Part shown: positions 11,901 to 21,091 of the stretch, piece by piece
Numbering within the stretch: the stretch's first letter is position 1
Layout of the letters: each line of letters opens with the position of its first letter
IMG/VR virus record: IMGVR_UViG_3300031994_004484
Strand: one strand, 5' to 3'
Source: a virus
Taxonomy: Duplodnaviria > Caudoviricetes
Length of the DNA: 64,000 nt
Made by a program: the position numbers and the translations under genes
Notes under the pieces: model-generated
What the model was told of the DNA's origin: nothing
Seen by the model: the letters and a program-made list of their open reading frames with translations, nothing else
Databases searched by the model: none

Positions 11901-12527
11901 TCGGTTAAAAATCCGATATATCAGAAGGTTTATGACAATTCACCGAATCTTATCGAGAATGGTGTGAACATGACGTATGGAAACAGGTTTCTTCTTCCTC
12001 AATATCCAATAATTCCTAGTGACGAATCTGTTACAAGTGTCTTTATTGTTGGCTTTGCAAACAACGGGGAATATCGGGCAATATCACCGACATATGAAGT
12101 ATCCAAGGTTTATGTTGAAGCATATTCAAATCCTGCTGTTAATGGGTTGACCGTGAACCTTGTATACAAGGCAGACGAAGAATTCCGCGATTATTATCTG
12201 AGATATTATCCGCATGAAATAATTGTTGAATTTAGGGAAGTAATGGGACAGTACACACAAGACATATATACCCCACAATGGGATTATGAAAACAATGATT
12301 ATATTTTCCCTGACCCGGAACTTATATATTCTGATATGAAAACGGTTAAATCGGGTACATTAGAAGGAAAATACAATGAATTGTATCAGGACCCCGTTGG
12401 AAACAGGCGTGAAACATACATTTTCGAAGGGATAGGTGAGGGTAGTTATATTGACATGAAAAGTGTTGTTGTGAAGATTAAGGATGTTACGGGCATAATA
12501 AGATTGACAAAACCGTTTGAGGCGTAA
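5979..12527 (+). CDS. Giant (2182 aa) virion structural protein, probably baseplate/tail
   Basis: Long ORF in the baseplate operon. N-terminal carboxypeptidase-regulatory/prealbumin-like motifs (GRVLAN...NAKVSIF; TNSSGDYFIYGVPVG), an internal hydrophobic segment, Cys-rich. Confidence 0.65.
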   Translation: MQNENNSYRIRTEVGNNAPNVLNVKLNQSFEFLNILSLKIGQENLYKVPAAPYGVVLGRVLANQAYGIENAKVSIFIPKDETVFEVKDDILYAYSSTTSLNYDGVRYNLLPSYVDEACHQNVGTMFEKEYVLDNNDVIRIFDKYYTYTTRTNSSGDYFIYGVPVGQHTLHVDVDLSDIGKLSVRPHDMIGQGYNIGMFESPNKFKADKNLNMLPQIKSQDKPIQVYPFWGDTSDDDTNAMITRADIEIDYKFEPTAVFMGSIISDKGSNSISHKCVPDIRTGKMSELSTGQGKIEMIRKTFDGRVEEFSVNGNQLIDNNGVWCYQIPMNLDYVGMDEFGNIVPTDNPEKGLPTRARVRFRVSMDEDPMDDSARKRAKFLIPNNPRLTDDYPEFKKSHEADYNFGTFTKEESYRDLFWNNVYTVKSYIPRLQRRGTANTKKFTGIKMVNHSGDNNPMPYNNLSIKMNFMYIFLCSVMTVLMNFIYVLNNVLSFIGRVLINAGIALATFSSGTTGINCNEDDDNDEEKPQKPLLKAGVDLVVAGMKCVIRINNDICSENATPDQYIILGNEKIINKWLQKIGKICVNEKHKKVYDRIKSSCAFEKIEIGDEGETVDGCAYYNILGGEDGVNASKPEFVMNCVQNTLAQENEVTSFNFHNDWINGVLYAPLWYRKIKPRRRVRNTNLSTNKVDDWCNGESHVDSAYTGKKVKRVKLCQTCAQQRNFTPSNANRQKINPIDKVIAEGSAPKDGYKLERSCYGFKCHRKVTSLIRVDDGIIIRRETKYGEYVYYYKSLEYGEDKFKNILNPSKNGEVKLLFATDLVLLGSLNDCDTNGTPQFFRHLNETTYQMPPDLLSLSWNTIDNKVTTNEIENNNDEYEEIDSGSVETEFTGADYGNVGYDQWHPEGKKEKYNDYTYKGSNEYNNGGLFYDLTCSNSFVSPKGCVNMSRICEFGVSLDQSMNLIGNDGTLQHISPDGFVSYDELYNMDARSMFSTMNCNNLRERLNPKTGYKVYDFNYNYPENFDGTLKNLMKDVPVNISYSGNKNLERSSDSYLKFRYGFDKNNFVVAFYDDEDSVIRNGHTSAGKGGYTLKNVRRFPRYENSFYFYFGLKSGSTAINRFMEQFYADCRNDEEGSNAIKIDYRPNGWCEDGIENTRDGYISFDLTNVEHPCVITFNELTEGETFDRTYTDIYSYKLYIGAYNDDLENDGYERLYVDAATQTKQKPEDEAFSEDYIAPSLPNGRYIITITDVSGEEYRENAMFSRNKVQFNTMVTHFTLSNGELENRFPNTDEHSTYYYTASDTTPSDNVELVREIGGYVAISDINGEYGSMTDNFIIRVSSGVDLPDYYGSEYKVINGNVSYGGIKYISNNNGEYVFGLPKANVQYTITVTEYCPLTETESRNSVSTKVTPEEPIPFKMFVNGIDNTILSKFRTGYIKDSNGVIKSPYYGYNENTGVSKNEVIGWLDIGKVGVSKLLEYPPIETLGTYSGAVSNAVEALKPHDSDVYSFTDEYYFDESYVDMEIEVYDELPTPQETGYAKYVKVKTNDDSFDETAYIWQYSQYSNNYQPKLDDNGNYVSTLTLQEYYESGYSNCVDVIDAINVVIQKRLDLVSSMFDAFCMYEDTDGGKPISITYQTNAIPVKTLVYYVPDIIFTNNISNRVDGVVTDGIGTPTLVPYGSYVMLDANKEENTIQSFGLPTISKSSDNTKPVFTKMVGNLYKKPPYCAIKNQMGMTVPSETGTVPFGTNSIAGAMSETEGGMDSMFGFHIIDKRPFTKLNVWLPIKNYPIHWPDIDDTNPTPINGLRKGSYFDMDGCVSGYLYNCISTSSNRIAEFSKQDAGKNVNFYTITTKTDDITGVQIPDEYAVPTKRLMYGDVYPQDYVYSYNDFIKTENPFEGFDSDSIDTGGVNTTYRYIPFDSETTFLTVEDSKVLYQKNLNSSSTFGLPEDTLVYNGATINPVFTNMDAKAPNYMICSVKNPIYQKVYDNSPNLIENGVNMTYGNRFLLPQYPIIPSDESVTSVFIVGFANNGEYRAISPTYEVSKVYVEAYSNPAVNGLTVNLVYKADEEFRDYYLRYYPHEIIVEFREVMGQYTQDIYTPQWDYENNDYIFPDPELIYSDMKTVKSGTLEGKYNELYQDPVGNRRETYIFEGIGEGSYIDMKSVVVKIKDVTGIIRLTKPFEA

Positions 12528-15500
12528 TGAAAGAGATACGTTTAACTTCGTCGGATTCAATATCTTCAATAAACGAAGAGCAGAGTGTCAGCATAGAATT
12601 AAGACAGACAAGCAAAAAGAACACGTTGACAGATATAAGTGCTGTTGTTGATGCATATGAAACTTATCAGCGTGAATCGTCGGCTTCTACAAAGTACAGG
12701 CTGACACTTACCATAAATCCGTTCTGTACAAACGTATTGTTTAATACCTGCACAGAAATAGTGGCAAATGACGGCGCTTATGAAACAACAACACAAGGAC
12801 AGCCTGAAATAATTGTTGTTACAGACAGGGAGCCTTCAAAATTACCTTCAAATGTTTTTGCTAAAAATGTATGTGGAAGATTAAACGGTTTAAAAAGGGC
12901 CTATATGGTTGACAACACGGAATATTCGAGTGAAAATATAGGTTTCACTTACTATCCCGGTTATGATATATTTGGCAACCACAGGCTAAGAAACTTGTCG
13001 TTCAGGTCGGTAATACCGATAACAGGAGGAACATCCAACCAAAAATACAACACAATAGAGGACACGATGCGAAACATTGACGGCACTCCGGTTAAATTCG
13101 TTCCTAGGATGGATTATGGAAACACAACCTTTATAAACAAACATCTTTATGATATTTCAAATATATTGTCAATGGAAAACGGTGAATCTGTATCAGCCAA
13201 CCTAACAAACCAAAATGGTTGGTATGGCTTCTACAATAATTCATCGATAACACCAAAGAAGATTGGCAACAAGGCAGTTGTTGAGAGAGACGACAACCAT
13301 GTTATAAACAACAAGGGAAATTGTGAGTTTGTTGATATGTATCCCGACAGGACGCTTTATTCCTTCAACCCGAAAACGAATCCACACAAAAGAAGAATGG
13401 AAAAGAATTGGGATATATGGCTGACATATCCGTATGAGAATTTCTATCATCATAATTTGGTCTCAAACATATATGCAAATGACGGAACTTCAGAAGCTGA
13501 CAAGAAAGCAAACGCGCTTCTTATAATGCATGCGAAAAGTCAGATAAACAGAAACGGAATGAAGGGAATTGAATTCAGGACGTTTTGTAAGCACAATTTG
13601 TCTCCGAACGATTATGTGCAAATATATTACTCACATGATAACGGTGTGCATTACACGGCATGTTCCGATTTTTATAGGGTTTCATACATCGGTGACATGA
13701 AAAACGAAAACAAAGGCTACTACTTCGCCACGATGGATTCAAACATTTTATCTGAGGTTTTTTCGGATAAAATCATACACTATTTTTACACGGAAACCCC
13801 TATTCCACCGGTTCATTACAGAATCGTAAACGGGGACATAGATGAAATTCCACAAAATAACGATAACACCGATTCGGATTACGAGCCGAACATTTGCAGG
13901 TATTTTTATGACACTGCAACCACGCTACCGAACGTGACATGGGATTCAGAGAATACTGTTGATGAGTTTCCGCATGATGTCCAAAACGGGCCTCAATACA
14001 TACGTAAGAGAATTCCGAATGCATATCAATATTTTAAGTATGAAAACGAAACGTACAATATATTGGATAATGATTTTAATTCTGGTAGTGAAAGCTTTGG
14101 AAATGGGAATACGTTTGACGACATCCCTGTGGGATACATAAGCGACTACATAAGGGTTCATCAGTATGAATACTATGAGGCCACTTACAAGTTTTATGAA
14201 CAGAAAGAGGGTAATGTCGATGAGATTGTGAATAAAGCTTTTAAGAATGACATATCACTTCGTTTTGCCAAGATTTCAAATGGTTTGAAGTGCGAATATT
14301 ATATAAGGAAGTTCAGAAAACTCCCCAATTTTACCTATAAAAAGGAGGAAATGGATGATTCTGTAATTAAGAACCATATAAAGTTTGACGAATATGTTGA
14401 GAAAAACGCGACAAAAGACGGAAAACTTCGCAATTTTTCATGTGAGGCGTATCCTTTGGCGTTTGCAAACACAATTTACGGTGATCCGATAACACAGTAC
14501 CAGTTTGTTGACACAATGGACATCTACGGGATAAAGGACAACCTGAACAGGCCCATAACCGAAATGTACGCCACGGTGGTAAAGAAGAATGTCGGTTATG
14601 ATGACTGGTACAACAAACATAAATATTCGGATTATACAACATCAGACGGAAAGCTCCATAGGATTGAATATTCACATTGTTTCGGTAAAGTAACAAGCGG
14701 TTTTGAATTTATGGCTGATGAAACCGACGATTCAAAAGACAGGGAAAGAAAAGCCTTCTTATCTGACTCATCCCTTATAACAAACATTCCGTCCTCATGG
14801 GAGGGTATAGAAGGCGAACCGCTTGAATGGTGGGGTGATATAAACATGAAGAATGGGATTACGGAAGGTGTGCTCGAAGATGATGTTGAATTTTTCGGTG
14901 ATGTTGTTGAATACAATCCGTTCACGGTTTCCGAAACAAGTCTATCAGACGTTCATTTAAGGTTCAATACAGCCCAAAGGGAAAACGGGAGCAAAGAAGA
15001 TTACACGTTCACGTATAAAGAGCTCATTGGTGATGATTACACCGGTCAATTTGAAACAGAGGAAAAGAAAGAAGGAAGGTCGATATTATGCCCTGAGGGA
15101 TATCACTACAAAGCACATTACAATATCCCATTAAGGTCTTTTGGCAACGACATAAGACAGTCATCTCACTATTCAATGGGTGTCATATCAGCCGAGCCTG
15201 TGCAGATGGACGGTATTTTCATTAAATTGAAAACAAACCAAAAATACAATTTCGGTTCAGGCAACAATATATTCATATGCAACGATGCCGAAGGGCTGTG
15301 GTACAACAGTTCGATTGTTTCGTGTGAAGACAGTACAACATTCATAATAAATCCTATATCAAAGGATGTGGTGAAATACGAGGGTAAACCTTATTTGGAT
15401 TGGATAGAGACCTGTGAATTGATAAACGGTGGCAAACTAAGAATAAGGGTTGTGAATGAAAGCATACCTGACTATGCAAGAAACATTGGTACAAATCTTT

Positions 15501-15742
15501 TTTTGTGGAGGGATATAGTCTCTGCTTCGGAAAGTGAAAATGATGTTTTGTCAGCTTATCCTTTTGCAAATGGGGCGTTGTATATTGACAAATCAATAAA
15601 CTTCTTCCTGAAAAGACAAGACCCTGAAGGTTTGGGTAATTTGTATTACATGGGAGAAGATGGGAAGTTCCCTGACGTTGAAGGCAAAACTTTAGTTGAA
15701 TCTAATTATGAATATATCCCAGAAACAGATTTCATATGTTAA
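12527..15742 (+). CDS. Large putative baseplate/tail structural protein (1071 aa)
   Basis: TAATG stop/start coupling and operon context; carries inserted P-x-Y-I modules. Confidence 0.6.
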   Translation: MKEIRLTSSDSISSINEEQSVSIELRQTSKKNTLTDISAVVDAYETYQRESSASTKYRLTLTINPFCTNVLFNTCTEIVANDGAYETTTQGQPEIIVVTDREPSKLPSNVFAKNVCGRLNGLKRAYMVDNTEYSSENIGFTYYPGYDIFGNHRLRNLSFRSVIPITGGTSNQKYNTIEDTMRNIDGTPVKFVPRMDYGNTTFINKHLYDISNILSMENGESVSANLTNQNGWYGFYNNSSITPKKIGNKAVVERDDNHVINNKGNCEFVDMYPDRTLYSFNPKTNPHKRRMEKNWDIWLTYPYENFYHHNLVSNIYANDGTSEADKKANALLIMHAKSQINRNGMKGIEFRTFCKHNLSPNDYVQIYYSHDNGVHYTACSDFYRVSYIGDMKNENKGYYFATMDSNILSEVFSDKIIHYFYTETPIPPVHYRIVNGDIDEIPQNNDNTDSDYEPNICRYFYDTATTLPNVTWDSENTVDEFPHDVQNGPQYIRKRIPNAYQYFKYENETYNILDNDFNSGSESFGNGNTFDDIPVGYISDYIRVHQYEYYEATYKFYEQKEGNVDEIVNKAFKNDISLRFAKISNGLKCEYYIRKFRKLPNFTYKKEEMDDSVIKNHIKFDEYVEKNATKDGKLRNFSCEAYPLAFANTIYGDPITQYQFVDTMDIYGIKDNLNRPITEMYATVVKKNVGYDDWYNKHKYSDYTTSDGKLHRIEYSHCFGKVTSGFEFMADETDDSKDRERKAFLSDSSLITNIPSSWEGIEGEPLEWWGDINMKNGITEGVLEDDVEFFGDVVEYNPFTVSETSLSDVHLRFNTAQRENGSKEDYTFTYKELIGDDYTGQFETEEKKEGRSILCPEGYHYKAHYNIPLRSFGNDIRQSSHYSMGVISAEPVQMDGIFIKLKTNQKYNFGSGNNIFICNDAEGLWYNSSIVSCEDSTTFIINPISKDVVKYEGKPYLDWIETCELINGGKLRIRVVNESIPDYARNIGTNLFLWRDIVSASESENDVLSAYPFANGALYIDKSINFFLKRQDPEGLGNLYYMGEDGKFPDVEGKTLVESNYEYIPETDFIC

Positions 15743-17646
15743 AATACAGGATAAACACCAACATACAGTCAGCAAACGTTACGGAAGTCCCGCTGTTAAG
15801 ACGGGAGATTTCCGGCATTGGTGATGATGACAGGTTTGTTTCCGTCACCTGTTATTATGATGGTGACCTGAACATAAGAAAAGACAGTGTCATATATCTG
15901 AGGGAATATTACAATACACAACCATTCAGTGATAAAGAAGGGGAGATAAAACTTCTTGAGTTGAAACCGGAGATAACAGAGGCAAATATAGAATACCGTT
16001 ACTTTGTGTTTAACATGGGCAAATACTTCAACTTGTCCATATCGGCCATAGAAGCTTTCGATGAGGATAATTTGGTTAGGTTGCGTTTTATTTTTGAAAC
16101 GCCGCATTATTTCAGAGAAATCGATGATGAAATCGGTTTCTATATTGATTTTTATGACAGTGAAGGGAACATGTATGAGAAATATTTCGACGGATGTGAG
16201 ATAGAGGACGAATATTCTTTGATATGGTCATACGACAGTACAAGCTCGTTTATGGATTTGTTCATGTGTACCGTATTCAATAAAGACACGTATACTTTTG
16301 TCGGATATGAAGGAAACGAAAACTCTGTTTTAGTTGATGAAATACCCTCGATCGCTTGTTTTACAGACGAAGTCTATCTAAAAAAGAAAGTTACCTCCGA
16401 TTGTGATGACACTTATGAATATTATGAAAAGGAGTGCAACAACGGAGACATATCTTCTTTAATAACATTCAGGGAACAGTTTCTTACTGATTATGATGTG
16501 TATATGGAAACGGGTGACATACGAATTACGTTACCACTTTCGCAAATGCATGACACTTTGTTGTTAAACGAGGATATTGTCATGAACAAATATGTTCAAG
16601 ATGAAATCCTTTTATCGACAAACACTTCGCCTGAAATGGAAAAATATGTATATCACCCTGTTTTTATCAAAAAAGCTAAAAATTTTGAAACCGAGGACAT
16701 TTACAAAATAAAATTCAACCTTCATTTCAGACAGCACAGAGGCGACGATTGGAAAGCTGAAGACAACACGTTTTGGAATGGTGTTGACAATGAGACAAAG
16801 GAATTGGAGAAAAGGCTTGACGCCGCGTATGGAAAGAAATTTTTCACATATTATGACAAAAGCAAACAATCAGACTTATTGTCATATCTCGGGTTCACAA
16901 ACAATGATGTAAAATTCCAAAAGAACAAGTTGAAAAAATCCTTTTTGAGACTGATGTGGTATGATTCAGACATTTCCACCCGCCAAAATCTGCTTTATTA
17001 CGCAAACGTATATCTTGACGGAGGTAAATTGTTTCTGAAATATATGAACAACAGTTCAACTGAAGGTTATGTTCTTCCAAATATGGAAAAAAAGGTTGTT
17101 TTCACAGGCGCAAGGGTAAATATGGAATACGCCCCGGAAGGTTTTGTCAATATGACCGATGACGAAATAGAGGAACACAGGCTTTCCTCACAGGTTTCAA
17201 TAACAAACATATATGATTCAGAATCATCAAGCGAAGGGTACAATCTATATCTTTGGGCTGATAGTGAGAAAAGGGAAATGCCTGACGACATATATCTTAA
17301 AATAGAATTCAATCATGCCGGTTATGGCAGGACAATACCTTTTTTCATGCCGTATTTTGACTACGAGAAAGAAGGTAAATATGGAATAAAGACGTTTGAG
17401 GAGATAATGTATGATTGGAGGGTCGGAAACGGTTACGGAATAAGGAAATTCAACAAATACAGCTATATACACTTCAAATGCCATTATGACAAGGAAAATG
17501 ACAGAAGGGTTTATTATTTGGACCCCGAAACATATGGGGATTGGGCTTTTTATGGAAACAAGACCAACGATGACTCTTCCCCGAACGAATTGGAAATAAA
17601 CCTCTACGAAGGCAAAGTAACATTTCTAAACGAAAACGACGAATGA
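15736..17646 (+). CDS. Putative structural protein (636 aa)
   Basis: Overlaps both neighbours; operon context. Confidence 0.6.
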   Translation: MLKYRINTNIQSANVTEVPLLRREISGIGDDDRFVSVTCYYDGDLNIRKDSVIYLREYYNTQPFSDKEGEIKLLELKPEITEANIEYRYFVFNMGKYFNLSISAIEAFDEDNLVRLRFIFETPHYFREIDDEIGFYIDFYDSEGNMYEKYFDGCEIEDEYSLIWSYDSTSSFMDLFMCTVFNKDTYTFVGYEGNENSVLVDEIPSIACFTDEVYLKKKVTSDCDDTYEYYEKECNNGDISSLITFREQFLTDYDVYMETGDIRITLPLSQMHDTLLLNEDIVMNKYVQDEILLSTNTSPEMEKYVYHPVFIKKAKNFETEDIYKIKFNLHFRQHRGDDWKAEDNTFWNGVDNETKELEKRLDAAYGKKFFTYYDKSKQSDLLSYLGFTNNDVKFQKNKLKKSFLRLMWYDSDISTRQNLLYYANVYLDGGKLFLKYMNNSSTEGYVLPNMEKKVVFTGARVNMEYAPEGFVNMTDDEIEEHRLSSQVSITNIYDSESSSEGYNLYLWADSEKREMPDDIYLKIEFNHAGYGRTIPFFMPYFDYEKEGKYGIKTFEEIMYDWRVGNGYGIRKFNKYSYIHFKCHYDKENDRRVYYLDPETYGDWAFYGNKTNDDSSPNELEINLYEGKVTFLNENDE

Positions 17647-20093
17647 GACAATACAGGTTTGAAACAAGTATGGAGGATATGACATCAAGGGTACCAGGCA
17701 TGTTTGCCTACCTTGAGTTCAATGAGGATTGGACAACAACGTTGCATCCGGCCACGGATTCATATGTAGGGTCTTGGGGTAAGGTTGTTGAGAATATAAC
17801 CCTTCCGTGTGGCACAAGCCTATGTTCTTATGCCCAATTGAATAACGAACCGGAAAATCATATATGGACAGAAGACGAGACTTATTCATATGATTCGGAT
17901 ATGGATATGAATTATTCGGTTTATTCAAGTGAATATGCAAGAAAGGTTGAATATTATTGGTATTCCGAAATTGAATGTGATGACAGCGAAAGTTATGTGG
18001 AATCGGAAGAATTGCCAAAAGACGTGACCGAAGAATCGCCGCAATACATAAAAGTCTTGCAAAAAAACAGCGACGGAGAATATATTGTTGATTGTCAAGG
18101 AAACAAATTAGGATTTTGTTATGAGAAAATAACAGAATATTCTTACTACAAGAAAGAGTGCATGCTTGTTGAAGGGGAGACATACACGTATAAAACGCTT
18201 ACCGATTATTATTACCGTTTCAAAGACAAGTTCGGTGATGATGATTCGTTTATAAGTTTTATGGACCGTGGTTTCGGAAAAATAGATGTTGACAAAAATT
18301 TATTGAACCTTGGCGACAACGAAGAGTACCCAAACGTTCCTGATTATATATACCTGTCAAATATACCGGCTCTGATTGAGAAATACAAAGGTTACAAAAG
18401 AATATGTGAATTTTACGAGTCACATTATATTGTTTTCGGGGAGTTTGACGAAAATCTTGACAGAAAATGCAAGTCGTATAACGCAATGGGCGGCGACAGG
18501 TTTTTGGATTATCTTCTCAGGATGTCCGATAAAGCAAACGCAGTTGCCTCAGAATACCTGTGTTATGCAGAAAACCGCTCCCATGATTTGAATATATCTT
18601 TGAACATACCACTCTTCCAATCAAAAAACGACCTCGGTTATCTTTCGTGTTACATGAATGAATTCGTACCGGGAGAACATTATCAGCACGGGGAATTGCT
18701 TACTTACAACGGAAGGACGTACATATGCCTGCTAAACAGATTTCTTCCTGACGGGAACAATTACCCATATGTTTTGTGCGGGAAAACCCTGTATAAAATG
18801 GTCTTCAATAAATATGAAAAGGTAGATGCCAATGAGTTAACATTGTCGTATCTACCTTCAGCATTGTATAACGGAATGTCATGCGTTCTTTACAACGGGG
18901 AATATTACATATGGAATCAAACCGCATATGAAAAAATAGACGTTACAACATATTGTACCGGTTTTTGGGATGATGATAAGGAACAGAATGAATTTGACAG
19001 GCAACACTTTGTCCTATTGTCTGAATATGTTGCCAATGAGCCCGAATCTTTGGGAATACCATTGAAAGATTTATTGTCTGACTCAGACAAATGGTATTCG
19101 GATGAGAACTTCAATGGTAGCAGCTTCCGTATATACATTGCTTTACCGTACCTTCCACATTCGTACATTTATCCAAATATAAAATGTGGGGAAACGTTTA
19201 TGGTATGGGATGAAGACTTATCAATGTATGTTGTTGATCCGGATTCTTCGTCAAAGTACGCCATAATCGGAACAGCGGACAGTCAACTCAGGAATCTTAG
19301 GGGTTATTCACAATATATGAATGGAAACGATTATATAGAGGACCCGCCTGCAACAGAAGATTGGTTGTATTATTATAAAGTGGGTAATTTCAATGCCAGT
19401 GGAAGCATATTGTGGGATAGTATAGGAAATATAAGACGTTTCACGGATTCAATGATTTCTGTTGGTGATTATGTTAACGATCTTATGGCATATGGAACAG
19501 TCCTTACATCAATATCTTGTGATACTGATGAAAAAACACTTACATTCACATACGTTGTCAATGGGCACTTGAAAGCAAGGCTTGCTGAAGTTGATGTTGA
19601 CAATGACGGAAACGAAATATTCCGATATGACAAGTTTGAGTATGATGACGAAGATAGCCACGGAATTGTCTATACAGAAAAACATCCATATAACGACCCT
19701 GATATAGACGAACTTGTTTCTAATGGCGATTTCAATGCTTTTGTTGAAGGAAGAAAAGAAGATATAGGTAATTATATGAAAAAATACGGTTACAAGAAGT
19801 TTGTATTCTCAACTGAAGCTGTTTTATCATCTGTGAATATCGGAAATTACACCTATGATGTTCCTAGTATTGTTTCCGAATTTTCCGAAACAGTTGAAAA
19901 CGAGCTTGATTACACATATCAGCCATTATTTAAGAAGGATTATTTTGCAGGGTATGCATACGAACCAAACGTGGACGCTTCTATTGACATTCAGAGGGGT
20001 AACGCGGCTTCTTATGAGCGTCACATTCGTTTAAGCGAATCAAAAACGGTTGAAGATATTTCATCTTCAGGTTTCTATGCGTTTTCAGAATAG
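17643..20093 (+). CDS. Putative structural protein (816 aa) with a small carbohydrate-binding-like module
   Basis: ATGA overlap; FVPGEHYQHGELLTYNGRTYICL resembles CBM5/12-type modules. Confidence 0.6.
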   Translation: MRQYRFETSMEDMTSRVPGMFAYLEFNEDWTTTLHPATDSYVGSWGKVVENITLPCGTSLCSYAQLNNEPENHIWTEDETYSYDSDMDMNYSVYSSEYARKVEYYWYSEIECDDSESYVESEELPKDVTEESPQYIKVLQKNSDGEYIVDCQGNKLGFCYEKITEYSYYKKECMLVEGETYTYKTLTDYYYRFKDKFGDDDSFISFMDRGFGKIDVDKNLLNLGDNEEYPNVPDYIYLSNIPALIEKYKGYKRICEFYESHYIVFGEFDENLDRKCKSYNAMGGDRFLDYLLRMSDKANAVASEYLCYAENRSHDLNISLNIPLFQSKNDLGYLSCYMNEFVPGEHYQHGELLTYNGRTYICLLNRFLPDGNNYPYVLCGKTLYKMVFNKYEKVDANELTLSYLPSALYNGMSCVLYNGEYYIWNQTAYEKIDVTTYCTGFWDDDKEQNEFDRQHFVLLSEYVANEPESLGIPLKDLLSDSDKWYSDENFNGSSFRIYIALPYLPHSYIYPNIKCGETFMVWDEDLSMYVVDPDSSSKYAIIGTADSQLRNLRGYSQYMNGNDYIEDPPATEDWLYYYKVGNFNASGSILWDSIGNIRRFTDSMISVGDYVNDLMAYGTVLTSISCDTDEKTLTFTYVVNGHLKARLAEVDVDNDGNEIFRYDKFEYDDEDSHGIVYTEKHPYNDPDIDELVSNGDFNAFVEGRKEDIGNYMKKYGYKKFVFSTEAVLSSVNIGNYTYDVPSIVSEFSETVENELDYTYQPLFKKDYFAGYAYEPNVDASIDIQRGNAASYERHIRLSESKTVEDISSSGFYAFSE

Positions 20094-20124
20094 CCACTTC
20101 TTGCTTCGGAAACCTGAAAAACAT

Positions 20125-20132
20125 ATATTTAT
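20125..20132 (+). promoter_or_regulatory. ATATTTAT motif (putative late promoter)
   Basis: In the only sizeable intergenic gap of this part of the operon; recurrent motif. Confidence 0.5.
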
Positions 20133-20170
20133 CTATTAACTGCTAAATATATTTTTAATTTTGGGAACTG

Positions 20171-21085
20171 ATGGCAAATAATACATATGGAATAGTGAGA
20201 CCCGCGTTGGTTGACTCTTCTGATGTCGAGATTTTCTACTGTTACAGACCGACAAGAAACAGTGAGGACGGGAGTTTCAGGAAATGGAGGAAATTGGAAG
20301 ACGTGAATACCGTTTTCTCAAACGGGGAAATGGAAATTCCCGACGGTTCAGACACACGTTTACCCGGTATGTACAATTTAAATCTTCCTGTTTCAATCTT
20401 TGGACGGAAGGGTTATTACACGTTATATATACGCCCGAAGGAATTCACATGTACTATAAAGGATGTGGGTTCTCTTGTGACATATCCTGAAATAAAGGGT
20501 ATTGTTGTTGATTTGAATGAAATATCGGAAAACAGAAGCCTTTTTGCTAACGATAATTTGGTTGGATACAGAATCGAATATTACAGCTTTCAGGAGGATG
20601 GGTTGAAACGTCAGCAATATTACAGATTGGTTACAAGCAACGGATTATGCGAACCGGTTTCACAGAACATTACCACAGCGAACACTTCATCCAACGGATA
20701 TAGGTTTAACACGGGAGGTACATTGTCTTTCATAACAGTAACACCTTCGACAAGTCCGTCTTTCAAACCAAACGCAACTCCTTACATAGGTGTTCCTAAT
20801 CAAAAGATTTCCATTATCAACACGAAATTCGACCCTGTGGCCATAGAGATTGATATGGTTGACAACGATTTCGACACGTTGAGTTACGGTATATACGGTG
20901 AAACCGTCAGGAATCTTGACAACGGAAGAGTGACTATATACAATGTTGATTCCGAACCGTTCAAACAGTTCGAATTCTCCACAATAAAAGACAACTACAC
21001 AAACAGAAGCATAGCCGAGCTCAAACAGGATGTGAGCGATAATTTGGATATGAGTTTGGATATAAACGAATTAAAAAACAGTTAA
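20171..21085 (+). CDS. Putative structural (baseplate) protein, 304 aa
   Basis: Clean beta-rich ORF in operon context. Confidence 0.6.
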   Translation: MANNTYGIVRPALVDSSDVEIFYCYRPTRNSEDGSFRKWRKLEDVNTVFSNGEMEIPDGSDTRLPGMYNLNLPVSIFGRKGYYTLYIRPKEFTCTIKDVGSLVTYPEIKGIVVDLNEISENRSLFANDNLVGYRIEYYSFQEDGLKRQQYYRLVTSNGLCEPVSQNITTANTSSNGYRFNTGGTLSFITVTPSTSPSFKPNATPYIGVPNQKISIINTKFDPVAIEIDMVDNDFDTLSYGIYGETVRNLDNGRVTIYNVDSEPFKQFEFSTIKDNYTNRSIAELKQDVSDNLDMSLDINELKNS

Positions 21086-21091
21086 TATCCT